Below are positions 1 through 9,698 of a DNA stretch of 64,000 bases, piece by piece; the stretch's first letter is position 1, and each line of letters opens with the position of its first letter. Made by a program: the position numbers and the translations under genes. The notes beneath the pieces were generated by a model. That model was given only the letters and a program-made list of their open reading frames with translations. It ran no database searches and was not told the DNA's origin. The DNA is from an uncultured virus (IMG/VR IMGVR_UViG_3300023274_000001) (taxonomy: Duplodnaviria; Heunggongvirae; Uroviricota; Caudoviricetes), in the IMG/VR virus record IMGVR_UViG_3300023274_000001, positions 96,001 through 160,000 of that record; one strand, 5' to 3'.

Positions 1-148
1 CAGAACCGCAGGACTGTCCTGGACGTGAGAGGGCATGTGCCTGGCACAACCGAAAAGGTGCCCCTGGTCCGAAGCGCACCGGTATCCGCCTTGCGTCTTC
101 CCTCGCGCAATCAGGAGAGAAGGCGCAAGGCAGTGCAATGATCACCCC

Positions 149-445
149 ATGGCGATGGATTTCTACGTGGGCCCTGCGGTGCTCACCCTCGACGGCGAGA
201 CCATCGGCGTGACAGCGTTCATCGACTCCAGCGCCAGCCGGGGCCTGTACGTCTGGGGCGGCTTCCTGGACACGCACCGCGAGGAACTGCGCTTCGCGGC
301 GGTCGAGGCGGAACGGACCCGGCTGGCCTTACCGGGACGCGAGGGCTCGGACATCGATGTCGTCTACACCTCGGGCCAGGGCATCGGCTTCATGGGCACC
401 GGGCCTTCCCCGCTGGAGACCTCCGAGCGCTGCGAAGGCTCATAG
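149..445 (+). CDS. hypothetical protein
   Basis: High-GC3 ORF, start placed at MAMDF; contains a rare TTA codon. Confidence 0.55.
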   Translation: MAMDFYVGPAVLTLDGETIGVTAFIDSSASRGLYVWGGFLDTHREELRFAAVEAERTRLALPGREGSDIDVVYTSGQGIGFMGTGPSPLETSERCEGS

Positions 446-539
446 GTCCGACGACCGAACTCCAGTGCTACAGAGTTAATTACTCTCAGGACGTAACGAA
501 CTCTGCATCAAAGAGGCTCTACGCGGGTAGCCCATCGGA

Positions 540-746
540 TCACTGATGGGGCCTCCCGCAGGAGGAGCAGTACAGGTATCCGGCGTACCCGGTGATCGAG
601 CCGTCCCGGGAAACGCACACCAGGCCGACGGGATCCCCGTTGAGCTGGAACCACGCCTCGCCGCAGAAGCGGCACACGGCACCGTCGTAACTCCCCTCTC
701 TCGCTTCGCTCTTCTTGCGGAACTCGTTGATGTCGGTGACGTCCAT
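540..746 (-). CDS. small zinc-ribbon protein
   Basis: MDVTDINEF...; CRFC and CSSC pairs. Confidence 0.6.
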   Translation of the reverse strand: MDVTDINEFRKKSEAREGSYDGAVCRFCGEAWFQLNGDPVGLVCVSRDGSITGYAGYLYCSSCGRPHQ

Positions 747-897
747 GCATCCACCATCCCCCACTCGGGGTGACGTACCCAAGGGGAACGGGTAATCGAA
801 CTGGAGTTCGGCCCTATAGGGGAGTCGCAGCGAGATTTTTGTGGGGTCAGGACTTAGGATTCCAGGTATCCCGGATGGTTTTCCCAAGGAGCGCGCC

Positions 898-1227
898 ATG
901 AAGAGGTCCCTGATCGCCGTACCGGCCCTGCTGATGGTGCTCATGGGCTGCTCCGGCGGGGAACCGGACACCCCGGAGCCCTCGGCTACGGCTACGGCGG
1001 ACCTGAAGAAGGTCTCCGAGCGCTGGAACGAGATGACGCGGGACGAGCAGGCAGCCGTCTGCGCGGCGGCCTCGGGCCCCCTTCCCGGTGAAGGTGAGAT
1101 CGGCGGAACCGCGACCGCTTCGTCCCGGCCGGACTACCGGCTGATGCTCCAGGCGATCGAGGCGGCGGGCTACACCCAGCCGGAGGCGACCGCGATGCTC
1201 CCCTATGCGCTGAACGAGTGCCGGTGA
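898..1227 (+). CDS. lipoprotein
   Basis: AAGGAG RBS; MKR + hydrophobic stretch + LMGC lipobox. Confidence 0.8.
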   Translation: MKRSLIAVPALLMVLMGCSGGEPDTPEPSATATADLKKVSERWNEMTRDEQAAVCAAASGPLPGEGEIGGTATASSRPDYRLMLQAIEAAGYTQPEATAMLPYALNECR

Positions 1228-1335
1228 AACTCTCGCGCGAACAGAAGGCATGGATCGGGAATGCACTGGTGTGCCCCCGCTGCCTTCGCATGCGATCACC
1301 TTTCCACTGGATCCTCGTGAGGCTGGGAATCTGCG

Positions 1336-1590
1336 ATGACTACTCCTACTGACTTCTCCGTCTGTCCCAGGTGCGGTGACGAGATCCCGCCGGACAATGA
1401 CGCGACCGGGGAAGGACCCGTGTACTGGACGATCTCCGAGGAACCGTTCTGCTCGATGGAATGCGTGATCTTCGTTCATCGCATGTGGCTGAAGCGGAAA
1501 GAAGGCCGGGCGGAGATGAGTGCGGCAGAAGTACTCGCAGCTCTGAAGGATCGCGCGGAACTGAACAAGCAGCAAGGACAAAACGGCTGA
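1336..1590 (+). CDS. small Cys-motif protein
   Basis: CPRC ... FCSMEC. Confidence 0.6.
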   Translation: MTTPTDFSVCPRCGDEIPPDNDATGEGPVYWTISEEPFCSMECVIFVHRMWLKRKEGRAEMSAAEVLAALKDRAELNKQQGQNG

Positions 1591-1599
1591 AGGCCAGAA

Positions 1600-2500
1600 T
1601 GCTCTGACGGATGCATGGTCCTAACCTGGGACCCAAATTCAAATTCAATTCCGCATTTGGTTTTCTACCGTGAGAGAATTTCGACTGAATTTCCCGCGAA
1701 TTTTCCCGCAGGTTTTCTCGCACCCGCTCCGCTCGCACTCCCGCTCACATTCCCTTGCATATCCATGTGCATTCATTGTGCATACGTGTGTGCATTGACG
1801 TGAGATATAGAGCTAGTGAATAGAGCGTAGATATCCCTGCATTAGCTAGCTGTTGATTCCCCTGCATTCCATCCCTTCCATTGCTGCGCATTCCCCCTGC
1901 ATTCCATCTGTTGCATTCCCCTGCACATTCCGAGTGTGTGTGATGAGAGACAGCAGATATCGAGACTCCGAATAGCCTCCCGCTTTCCCTCGCTTTCCCT
2001 TTCCTCTCACCTCCCGCTTTCCTCTCACTGCATAGGTTCATGTGTATGTGTGTATTGGGTGTGAGCAGTACAGACGTGAATGCGAAATAGCGATATCGAG
2101 ATACCCGCGCATTCCCTTTCCGAGTGCTCCCGCATTCCCCCTGAATTCCCGCGCGCTCCCGCTCCCGCTCACGTGCTCCCACCTGCACGCATACACACAT
2201 GATCATGCGCACCCTGCATACCGAGTGATCACCCGCTCACGTGCTCCCGCATTGCGTGCACTCCGGCACCGTGCGCCGTTCCCGCTCATGTGCTCCCGAG
2301 TGGCCAGGCAAGCGCGCTCACGCGCGAACGCGCATCGCGTCGCGCCCCCGCGCGCGCCGCTGCACGCGCGACCCCTCCGGCATGCTCCCGCTCCGTTCGC
2401 TCACATGTGTACTCACGTGCTCATCTGTGCTGATCAGTCCCCCTCGCTTCACATTCCCTCCCATCCCTCCCCTTCCCCTTCAAATCAGACATAGCTACAC
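1600..2500. repeat. non-coding C/T-skewed low-complexity block with many GCATTCC / GCTCCC units
   Basis: Lower GC than flanks, G-poor + strand, no credible ORF. Confidence 0.7.
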
Positions 2501-2874
2501 ACACTGACCCTGCAATGTGGGAGCGCAACGACGTGCATGCACTCCGGGAGTCCTCACGTTTCCGCAGCTCAGGAGCATGATCACAGCAAACTCCGACATA
2601 CGGGACAACGCTGTGACCTGCGGTTTCAACAGTTCGTTGTACCGGTTTCGAGCGCGAGAAAGTGGAGCCATCCTGCCCAAATAAGTAACTAAGAGTGGTC
2701 TTCCCTCACTTGCTTCTCACTCTATGTATATGCATTGCAGGTCGCAGCGCTGACGTGCGCGTACGTGTATGAACCGGACATGTGGGAGTTATGAGCACAC
2801 ATGCCGCTGCCTTCCTCACGCTCGAAACCCTCCCCTCCCTGCCTGTCTCGCGTAGCTATGTCCGAGTTTGTACA

Positions 2875-2890
2875 TGTGACCTGCGTCACA
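2875..2890. promoter_or_regulatory. perfect CRP/GlxR-type box TGTGA-N6-TCACA
   Basis: TGTGACCTGCGTCACA. Confidence 0.6.
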
Positions 2891-3119
2891 CTTTTATCGA
2901 TGCTTGCTACACCTACCGATTCGCTCCCTCGTTTGCTCACCGCAAATTCTTGACCCATCTGTCGTACATGTCCGTTTCGTGTCGTGAAGTCCGGTAGGTT
3001 CTCCATGCCTCTGACCTGCACAAACAGAAAGTCTCCCGACGTTTCCGCAGGTACAAGAGCTGACAGAACCTTTTTTGAGAAAAATCTTGAACTCCTCGTT
3101 TTCGCAGGTCAGAGCCCAT

Positions 3120-3135
3120 TGTGACCTGCGTCACA
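3120..3135. promoter_or_regulatory. second identical CRP-type box
   Basis: TGTGACCTGCGTCACA. Confidence 0.6.
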
Positions 3136-3409
3136 CACATTCGGTCCTGAAGTCCGGTAGCGCTCTGACCTGCACGTTTACTGTTCACCTGACACGTCGT
3201 CAGCAACCGCACACTTGCAATGGCAGCCATGTTTCTGGTCTAGTTCTGGTTGTCGCCACGACGCGGCGCCCGCTCCGGCGGGACGCGGCGCGGGGCGAGT
3301 GCAAGCGTCCGGGTTCTACCCCCGGACACACCCGCCCGGGTGTTCCTTCACATCACGTGAGGGGTGACCGGGAAGGGCTCACACGAACTCTGTGACGCAT
3401 GCGGTTCGC

Positions 3410-4235
3410 CGTAGCGACGTCGGGAGGGGAAACGGGAGGCACGATCCCCGGGTGAGGCGGACGGGAGCGAAACGCGCTAGCCGTAATGGCGCGGGATGCA
3501 CTCGAATGCGGTTCCTTGAGATTTTCGGAGCCCTCTCGTACACGATCCCCGGTAACCCGGGAGTACGGGAGCGGCGCAAACGGCAAGCCACGCGGTCCCC
3601 TAGGGGGCGCCGGAAAGCGTGGCCACTCGAACCGGTGGGAGGGGTCACCCTTTTGCCAGTCGGGAATACGGCGCACGGAGTACGTGACCACTTGCCGGAA
3701 TGCCTTACAGATCACAAGCGACGTGATCAGGGAATCCGGGAATGTCACAGGAAACGTGTTAAAGCGTTAGTCCGGTTCCCGCGAGTTGCGGCGCACGCAA
3801 GTACGGCCCTCTAGTCCGGGAGGTCAACCACAAGCCACGTGGGGAAACCGGGGGAATGGTGGGGAAAGCGTGTCGAAATAGTCAGTCCGCAGCAAAACCC
3901 GTTTCACCACTGGTTCGAGCCAAACGCACTATGCGGGTACGGCATAGATGATCACGCACTCTCCCGGGAGGGGTTCCGGGGGTGACGTGCGACGGTACGG
4001 CGGGATACCAGGGGTGTCGGAACCCCTGCCCGTGACGGACGGGAGCGCTTAGCGCTTCCGTCCCCCGGGGGATTCGGACGCGACACGTTGCGACGCGCCG
4101 GTTTCCACACGGAAATACGGGACGCGCTCCGATGTGGCGCCGTTTCCCCCGGGACGCATCACGTGCTGAGAGCACGAACGGACAACATGGTTTCGGTCCG
4201 GTAGGCAGGGAGGCTAGAACTCCCGTGACGCTACG
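3410..4235 (+). ncRNA. putative large structured RNA / early leader
   Basis: End-to-end pairing CGTAGCG/CGCTACG and CGGGAG/CTCCCG; many internal stems; no RBS-led ORF. Confidence 0.55.
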
Positions 4236-4292
4236 ACGGGGAAACTCTGTCCGTTCCTCCCTCCGCACGGAGGTTCGGGAAGGATTCCGGCA

Positions 4293-4472
4293 ATGGTGAT
4301 CAGGCTTGACAACGGCGGAACGGTGACGGTCTCGGAAAGCGGGATCACGTACCGTCGGGGGCGCGAGATTCAGTGGCGCCCCCTCCCCGGAACGTACAGC
4401 GAATCGGCCGAATGGCTGGACACGTTGGCGAACGGGAATGCGGGAGTTCTGTTCACGTCGCGTAAGGCGTGA
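4293..4472 (+). CDS. 59-aa hypothetical protein (absent from ORF track)
   Basis: GGGAAGGA RBS; MVIRLDNGGTVTVSESG... Confidence 0.65.
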   Translation: MVIRLDNGGTVTVSESGITYRRGREIQWRPLPGTYSESAEWLDTLANGNAGVLFTSRKA

Positions 4473-4531
4473 ACTGTCGGCAGACGTCGCACACGAGAGA
4501 TGCGACGCGGACAACGGAAAGCGGGAAGATC

Positions 4532-6334
4532 ATGAAGGTTGCGGGCAAGGTGTTGGCGGTTTCGGGCGACGGTTTCGCTCGGATGTACGGGCAGGGTGAA
4601 CGGGGCGCGGGACACGCGGTGTTCATTCCGGCCGGTTGTCAGGGTGACCCGTTGGGCGGGAGCGGCGCGCGAATCGTCCGGGCATGCGGGAGCACGCTCC
4701 CGACGGAAAAGGCGGCCGAGAAATTCCAGGGTGACAAGCGGTGCCCGAAGTGTGTCGAGTGGCTGGCCACGACGGACGGGACGGCTGCGCTCGAATCGGC
4801 CCGTGCGGAGCGTCACGCGTGGGAGTTCGGCGCCGATGACATCGCGGAACTGTTCAGCGTGGCGGACGTGGTGAACGGGACGGACGCCCGGGAGGACTCC
4901 GCCCCGGTTGCGGACATGGCCCCGGGTGCGGCGCGTGACGCTGCGGTGCGGGAGATCTGGACCGGCGGGAGCGACCCCGACCCGGTGGCCACGCGTAAGG
5001 CGGCGGTCGCTCGGGAGCGTAAGCGGCTGGCAGATCAGACGGAAAAGCGGGAGGCCGCTAAGCGGGAGGACTCCGCCCCGGTTGACCCCCCGGCGGACGG
5101 GAGCGGCGCGGAGATCATCGCGTCAACGGGTAAGACGCTCGCACAGATGGTCGCCGAAACGGCCACGTTCTACGCGAACGGCGGTGCGGTCTCCCCGGAG
5201 ATTGCGGCACTCCCGGCGCCCGGAACGGTGAGCCTGGCAAGCGGGACGGTTTCCGGGAGTGCGGCCGAAATTCTGGTCTGCACGTTCAAGGGTGAGGTTT
5301 CGACCGTCAACCCGGAGCGGACGCACGGGAAGTGCCCCGACTGCACCACGTACATTCCCCTTCTGCCCGGGGGCGCGGGAGGCAAGGAATCCGGCCCGAA
5401 GGTTTCCAAGATCAAGTGCGACGGGACCGGTTCGGCTCCGACGTCCGGGACCCTGGTTCTCCGCGACGATCACAGCGTGAGCGTGGCGGACGACTACGAC
5501 GGTAAGACGTCGGCCCCCTGCCCGGACTGCGGGCGCGTGATCGCGGTCTCTCGTGACCGGAACATGCGCAAGCACAACGGCTTGGAAGTGCGGGAGGTTG
5601 CCGAGTCGGCGGACGTCGACAAGATCGGCAAGCACAACGTGGGCGGGGTCGCGACTCCGGCCGGTAAGGGCCTGTCGTCCAAGTCGATTGAGACCGTGGA
5701 ACACGGGAGCGTGCCCGGTGACCCTGCCTCCGCTGACAAGCGGCGTGCGGCGGAGATCGAAGAGCGGGGCGCGGACGCGCGGGAGTTCAAGGGCGGTGCG
5801 GACGTCGGGGCGACGGTTGCCAAGGGTGCGCGACTGGCACTGTCCCGGGGTCACGGTTCGGTGGACGGGAGCGCGACGACCGGGAGTCAGAACATGGCGC
5901 CCGTGCAGCCCAAGGGGTGGGTAGGGGTCGCCGGTACGGGATCGCTTCCGGCCATGGTGCGCCCCGGGATTGACCCGGAAGTGACCGGGGACATCTGCCC
6001 CCTGCCGAAGTGCGGCGGACAGCGTAAGGACGTCGCACACAAGGGCAAGTCGTCGGGGTGGCGTCGGCGTCACTCCTCGCAGATCGGCGCCTATCTGGCC
6101 GGGCGCAAGGAAGAGCGGGACGCCAAGCGCGCGGCGCAGATCGAAAGCGGGGAGATCGTTCCCGCCTCGGTCAAGCGGGAGGCCCGTAAGGCGGCGTCGG
6201 TCGGATCGTTCAGTGAGGGCAACGTGAACGGGACCGTGACGCACGCGCCCCGCCCGGAGTTCGCCCCGAAGGGGACGCGCAAGCCTGCCCCGAACGGCAA
6301 CAAGCACACCCGCCGGAGCGGTCGCGCGGAGTAG
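4532..6334 (+). CDS. 600-aa low-complexity protein with several Cys pairs and basic tail
   Basis: RBS before MKVAG; CPKC, CPDC x2, CPLPKC; REDSAPV repeated. Confidence 0.8.
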   Translation: MKVAGKVLAVSGDGFARMYGQGERGAGHAVFIPAGCQGDPLGGSGARIVRACGSTLPTEKAAEKFQGDKRCPKCVEWLATTDGTAALESARAERHAWEFGADDIAELFSVADVVNGTDAREDSAPVADMAPGAARDAAVREIWTGGSDPDPVATRKAAVARERKRLADQTEKREAAKREDSAPVDPPADGSGAEIIASTGKTLAQMVAETATFYANGGAVSPEIAALPAPGTVSLASGTVSGSAAEILVCTFKGEVSTVNPERTHGKCPDCTTYIPLLPGGAGGKESGPKVSKIKCDGTGSAPTSGTLVLRDDHSVSVADDYDGKTSAPCPDCGRVIAVSRDRNMRKHNGLEVREVAESADVDKIGKHNVGGVATPAGKGLSSKSIETVEHGSVPGDPASADKRRAAEIEERGADAREFKGGADVGATVAKGARLALSRGHGSVDGSATTGSQNMAPVQPKGWVGVAGTGSLPAMVRPGIDPEVTGDICPLPKCGGQRKDVAHKGKSSGWRRRHSSQIGAYLAGRKEERDAKRAAQIESGEIVPASVKREARKAASVGSFSEGNVNGTVTHAPRPEFAPKGTRKPAPNGNKHTRRSGRAE

Positions 6335-6417
6335 TCCGCAGACGTCCGGAAGTCAAAGAGCGAAGCGGGCCCCGGGAACTCCCGGGGCCCGGGTGAATCG
6401 GAAAGGGAGTACGGGAC

Positions 6418-7086
6418 ATGAGCACGATCACGGTTGCGCAGGAAATCGAGGGCGCGCGGGAGCGCGTGACGCCGTTCTTCGAGGGGCTGCGGGAGGACAT
6501 GACGGCTCACTTCTGGGAGACGTTCGGCGCGGCGGCGGCGGCCTACCGGGGCGCGCGGTCGGAGGGTCCGGCGGCGGACCGGTTCGCGGGAGTGGTCGGC
6601 GAACTGATCCGGGACGCAAAGGGAACCGCGAGTGACCCCGTGCTGCGCCGTGGCGCCCCACTCCCGGCCGAGTACGGCGCCCCCGCGCGGGAGGCCCGGG
6701 AGGTCCCTCCCATGCCCTCACGTGAGCCGTGGGCGACCATGCCGACCGACGGGAGCGGAACGCTCACCCTGCCGGAGCGCATCACGTACGCGGTGATCGG
6801 CGCGGCGTGCGTGGCGGTCCTGCTGATCATCGGATTCCTGGTCTCGGGGGTCGGGAGTTCCCCCGACGCTCCGGCCGTGGACATGCGCAACGCGGGACAG
6901 GTGGTCACGGACGCCGACTTGATCACTCAGGGTGGCTACTGGTCATGGGAGGTCGCCGAGTCGTGCGGGATGCGCGTTCCGGCGGAGTGTGACAAGACGC
7001 TGCGGGAGGTCAACGCGGCGGCGGAGCGCTACGGCGTGCGGGTGTGGGAGGACGGAACGATCTCCCCCCTCGGACGTCAGTACTGA
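6418..7086 (+). CDS. membrane-anchored hypothetical protein
   Basis: RBS; one TM helix ITYAVIG...FLV. Confidence 0.8.
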   Translation: MSTITVAQEIEGARERVTPFFEGLREDMTAHFWETFGAAAAAYRGARSEGPAADRFAGVVGELIRDAKGTASDPVLRRGAPLPAEYGAPAREAREVPPMPSREPWATMPTDGSGTLTLPERITYAVIGAACVAVLLIIGFLVSGVGSSPDAPAVDMRNAGQVVTDADLITQGGYWSWEVAESCGMRVPAECDKTLREVNAAAERYGVRVWEDGTISPLGRQY

Positions 7087-7185
7087 TCACGGCCGTGCGG
7101 TCCGGTCGGGCTCCGGGTTTCCCGGGGTCCCGGCCGAATCGTCCGGGAGTGAGGGACGAGACGCGGAAAGGGAGAGGAAACGATC

Positions 7186-7584
7186 ATGGGTGCTGTCACG
7201 CTGGCCAAGCTGAGCGACGGAACGCGGGAGGACTTCCCGGGGGTCGGAATGAACTCCGGCGCGGGGGAACTCCAGTTCATCGGCGGAATGCCGACGCGCA
7301 AGATCGACGGTCCGCTGATCATGGTGGCCGGGATGCGCGTCAACCTGCCGGAGTCGGTCAAGGTCCCGGGTCCGCGCCGGGTGCGCGCGGTTGCCGTGGC
7401 CGTGGAGCGCGACGGGTTCCGGGACGCGGCCGAAACCGTGCCCAGCTACCGGGGCGTCGTGATCACGGCGGACGGTGACGAGTACCGGACGGGCCCGCGC
7501 GGTGAGATGGAGTACGTGCGCCGCGAGTGGCTGCGTCTGGCCGTGGAGTCGGGGACGTTCCGCCGTGTCGCCCGGATGAGCTAA
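7186..7584 (+). CDS. hypothetical protein
   Basis: Strong RBS, GC3 bias. Confidence 0.8.
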   Translation: MGAVTLAKLSDGTREDFPGVGMNSGAGELQFIGGMPTRKIDGPLIMVAGMRVNLPESVKVPGPRRVRAVAVAVERDGFRDAAETVPSYRGVVITADGDEYRTGPRGEMEYVRREWLRLAVESGTFRRVARMS

Positions 7585-7595
7585 CATCCGGGACG

Positions 7596-7607
7596 TGGCC
7601 TAGGTCA
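7596..7607. promoter_or_regulatory. CCTAGG palindromic box
   Basis: TGGCCTAGGTCA, intergenic. Confidence 0.65.
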
Positions 7608-7639
7608 GACAGGAACATCGGGAAGGGAGAAACGGGATC

Positions 7640-8023
7640 ATGCAGGAATCGATGACGCGCGGTGAGTGGTGGGACGAGTCGGCCCCGTACGGTGCGAACG
7701 GGTACACGTTCGGACGCGGTGAGCGGGTCACGGGCGCTCAGGTCGCGCGGGAGGTCACGTTCGACATGCAGCCGGGCGACCCGAACTGTGTGGCGCGGGG
7801 CGTGGCGGAGATGACCGACGGCCGCGTGTACATGTTCACGGTCGTGCGGGAGGACTTCGCCCGGAACTGCCCGGCGGACGGACGTAAGCGGCGGCGGTTC
7901 GCCTCCCTGTCGCGCCTGCCGTTCCGGGAGGCGGCATTCGACCTGATGGCATGGGAGATCGCCGGGCACCGTATCCGCCCGGCGGATGTCCCGGAGTACA
8001 CACGTCAGATTCACGCGCTCTGA
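7640..8023 (+). CDS. hypothetical protein
   Basis: Strong RBS. Confidence 0.8.
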   Translation: MQESMTRGEWWDESAPYGANGYTFGRGERVTGAQVAREVTFDMQPGDPNCVARGVAEMTDGRVYMFTVVREDFARNCPADGRKRRRFASLSRLPFREAAFDLMAWEIAGHRIRPADVPEYTRQIHAL

Positions 8024-8029
8024 CGTCGG

Positions 8030-8086
8030 GGAGACGCCCTAGGCGAACCGGTCCGGGAACGGACCGGGGCGCCGGGAGTGCCGCCC
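8030..8086 (+). repeat. intergenic bulged hairpin, family B
   Basis: GGAGACGCCCTAGG...CCGGGAGTGCCGC. Confidence 0.65.
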
Positions 8087-8147
8087 GGCACTGCGGGCCC
8101 GGTCACATCGGACCGGGGCCATTGGTTCGGAAAGAGAGAAGATCAAC

Positions 8148-8552
8148 ATGCGTGCAGCATTCGCGGGAATCCTCGCCGGTCTCGTCGCCCTGTTCTCGCT
8201 GAGCGGGAGCGCGGAAGCGGCCCCGTCGGTCAAGCGTCCGGCCGTCAAGTCGGTCTGCGAGACCGGGAGCCGGGGACAGAAGGCGTACGACGCGAAGTGC
8301 CTGAAGACCGGGACCGTGATGGACGGCGTGAACCTGTGGTTCCGCTACATCGACGGCGGCGCGGTGAGCAAGGCCGACCGCAAGGCGTTCTGCAAGGACG
8401 CGACCAGCACGGGCCACACCCGCGCCGGGATCATCGACGGCCTGTTCGATGTCGCGTACGACAACTACCGCAACCACACCCGCATGCTCTCGATCGCCGG
8501 GACCGTCGGCGTGTGGGACTGCCAGGCCCTCGGGGTCAAGATCAAGAAGTAG
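8148..8552 (+). CDS. secreted protein
   Basis: Signal peptide ending AEA; four Cys. Confidence 0.8.
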   Translation: MRAAFAGILAGLVALFSLSGSAEAAPSVKRPAVKSVCETGSRGQKAYDAKCLKTGTVMDGVNLWFRYIDGGAVSKADRKAFCKDATSTGHTRAGIIDGLFDVAYDNYRNHTRMLSIAGTVGVWDCQALGVKIKK

Positions 8553-8568
8553 TCCGGCCGGACCGGCG

Positions 8569-8605
8569 GACGGGAGCGCGCGGGAGGGGGGCCCGCGCGT
8601 TCCAG
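8569..8605 (+). repeat. intergenic hairpin, family A
   Basis: GACGGGAGCG...CGTTCCAG. Confidence 0.6.
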
Positions 8606-8644
8606 CCTGCTTGTCCAGCGGGAACCGAGGAGAGGGAGAAGATC

Positions 8645-8962
8645 ATGGCGAAACTTTCTGCGGCCGGACGGCTCGTGATGTTCCTGGTCGACAGTCCGCA
8701 CGCGCGCGTCAGCTACTCGCTGGGGGGCGGATTCAGTCCGTCGGTCATCGCGTCCATGGAGCGGGGGCACGGTACGAAGTCGAACCCGCGCGCTGACACG
8801 GTCCTGAAGCTGATCGACGTCGGCGTGCTGGAAGGGGCGGAGTTCGCGGATCTGAAGCTGACCGCGCGGGGCCGGACGATCCTGGCCGAACAGCAGGCGC
8901 TCGGGTGGGAGCTGGTCACCGGGACCGGCCACAAGCCGCGCATGCAGCAGAAGGGGAAGTGA
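8645..8962 (+). CDS. HTH-like protein
   Basis: FSPSVIASMERG...NPRADTVLKL resembles XRE helices. Confidence 0.6.
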   Translation: MAKLSAAGRLVMFLVDSPHARVSYSLGGGFSPSVIASMERGHGTKSNPRADTVLKLIDVGVLEGAEFADLKLTARGRTILAEQQALGWELVTGTGHKPRMQQKGK

Positions 8963-9048
8963 CCGGCTGACGGGAGCGCCCCGGGGGCAACTCCGGGGCG
9001 CTGACGCCAACTTGTCACGGACGGAACCGAGGAAAGGGAGAAACGGGA

Positions 9049-9585
9049 ATGATCAAGCCGTACGGAATCAAGGTCACCGCGTACCGGGAGGGTTCGGACT
9101 CCGGCATGTACCACGTGCGGGAGTTCGACGCGCCGGGACGTGCGGAAGCGGTCGCGGCCGTGCGTTCGTGGCTGCTGGTCGAGGGGTACGACGCCGACCA
9201 GTCCAAGATCGAAGTGGTGGCGGACGGGATGACCCTCGCCGACCACATGTCCCGGGAGCTGGTGAACCTGGGGGCCCGCATGTCCCTGCGTCACGGCGTG
9301 AGCATGGACGGCCCGCGCACGTGGGTGGACGGGAACGGCGAGAGGGGCGCGGCCGTCAAGCTATGGGCGGCGAACGGGCGCGGCGTGTCGGTCTCGTCGA
9401 AGCTGGACGAAAACGGGTTCATTCACTCGGAGTTCGCGGCGATCCGGGAGGACGCGGCCGACCGGCACGGGTGGGTGTTCGACGACGCGGCGCAGCACTA
9501 CCCGGAGCGCACGACAGTCGGGGACGGGTTCGACGGTGACGTGTCGGAGATGCTGACGCGCATCGTCGGCCTGCCCCGGAAGTAA
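9049..9585 (+). CDS. hypothetical protein
   Basis: Strong RBS. Confidence 0.8.
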   Translation: MIKPYGIKVTAYREGSDSGMYHVREFDAPGRAEAVAAVRSWLLVEGYDADQSKIEVVADGMTLADHMSRELVNLGARMSLRHGVSMDGPRTWVDGNGERGAAVKLWAANGRGVSVSSKLDENGFIHSEFAAIREDAADRHGWVFDDAAQHYPERTTVGDGFDGDVSEMLTRIVGLPRK

Positions 9586-9659
9586 CGAACGGGTCACGAT
9601 GTAGGCGGACGGGAGCGCCCGGGTCCTCCGGGCGTTCCAGCCGGTCTATGATCGGGCAA

Positions 9660-9671
9660 CGGCCTAGGCCG
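9660..9671. promoter_or_regulatory. CCTAGG palindromic box
   Basis: CGGCCTAGGCCG just downstream of TATGAT. Confidence 0.65.
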
Positions 9672-9698
9672 AACGGGAACGCGGAGAGGGAGAAGATC

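Larger units (their letters stand above)
2580..3180. repeat. cluster of TGACCTGC boxes in both orientations plus duplicated TGAAGTCCGGTAG
   Basis: GACCTGC near 2614, 2877, 3012, 3122, 3166; reverse near 2737, 3104; 13-mer at 2985 and 3148. Confidence 0.75.

Noticed and set aside
2580-3180. TGACCTGC cluster as integrase arm sites/attP
   Set aside because: No integrase or tRNA-derived core is visible in the window; cannot be supported
3895-3925. tRNA/tmRNA-like GGTTCGAGCC and CACCA
   Set aside because: Elements are in the wrong order and no cloverleaf or tag frame can be built
1615-4514. ORF-track proteins in the non-coding block
   Set aside because: Low-complexity translations, no GC3 bias, no RBS
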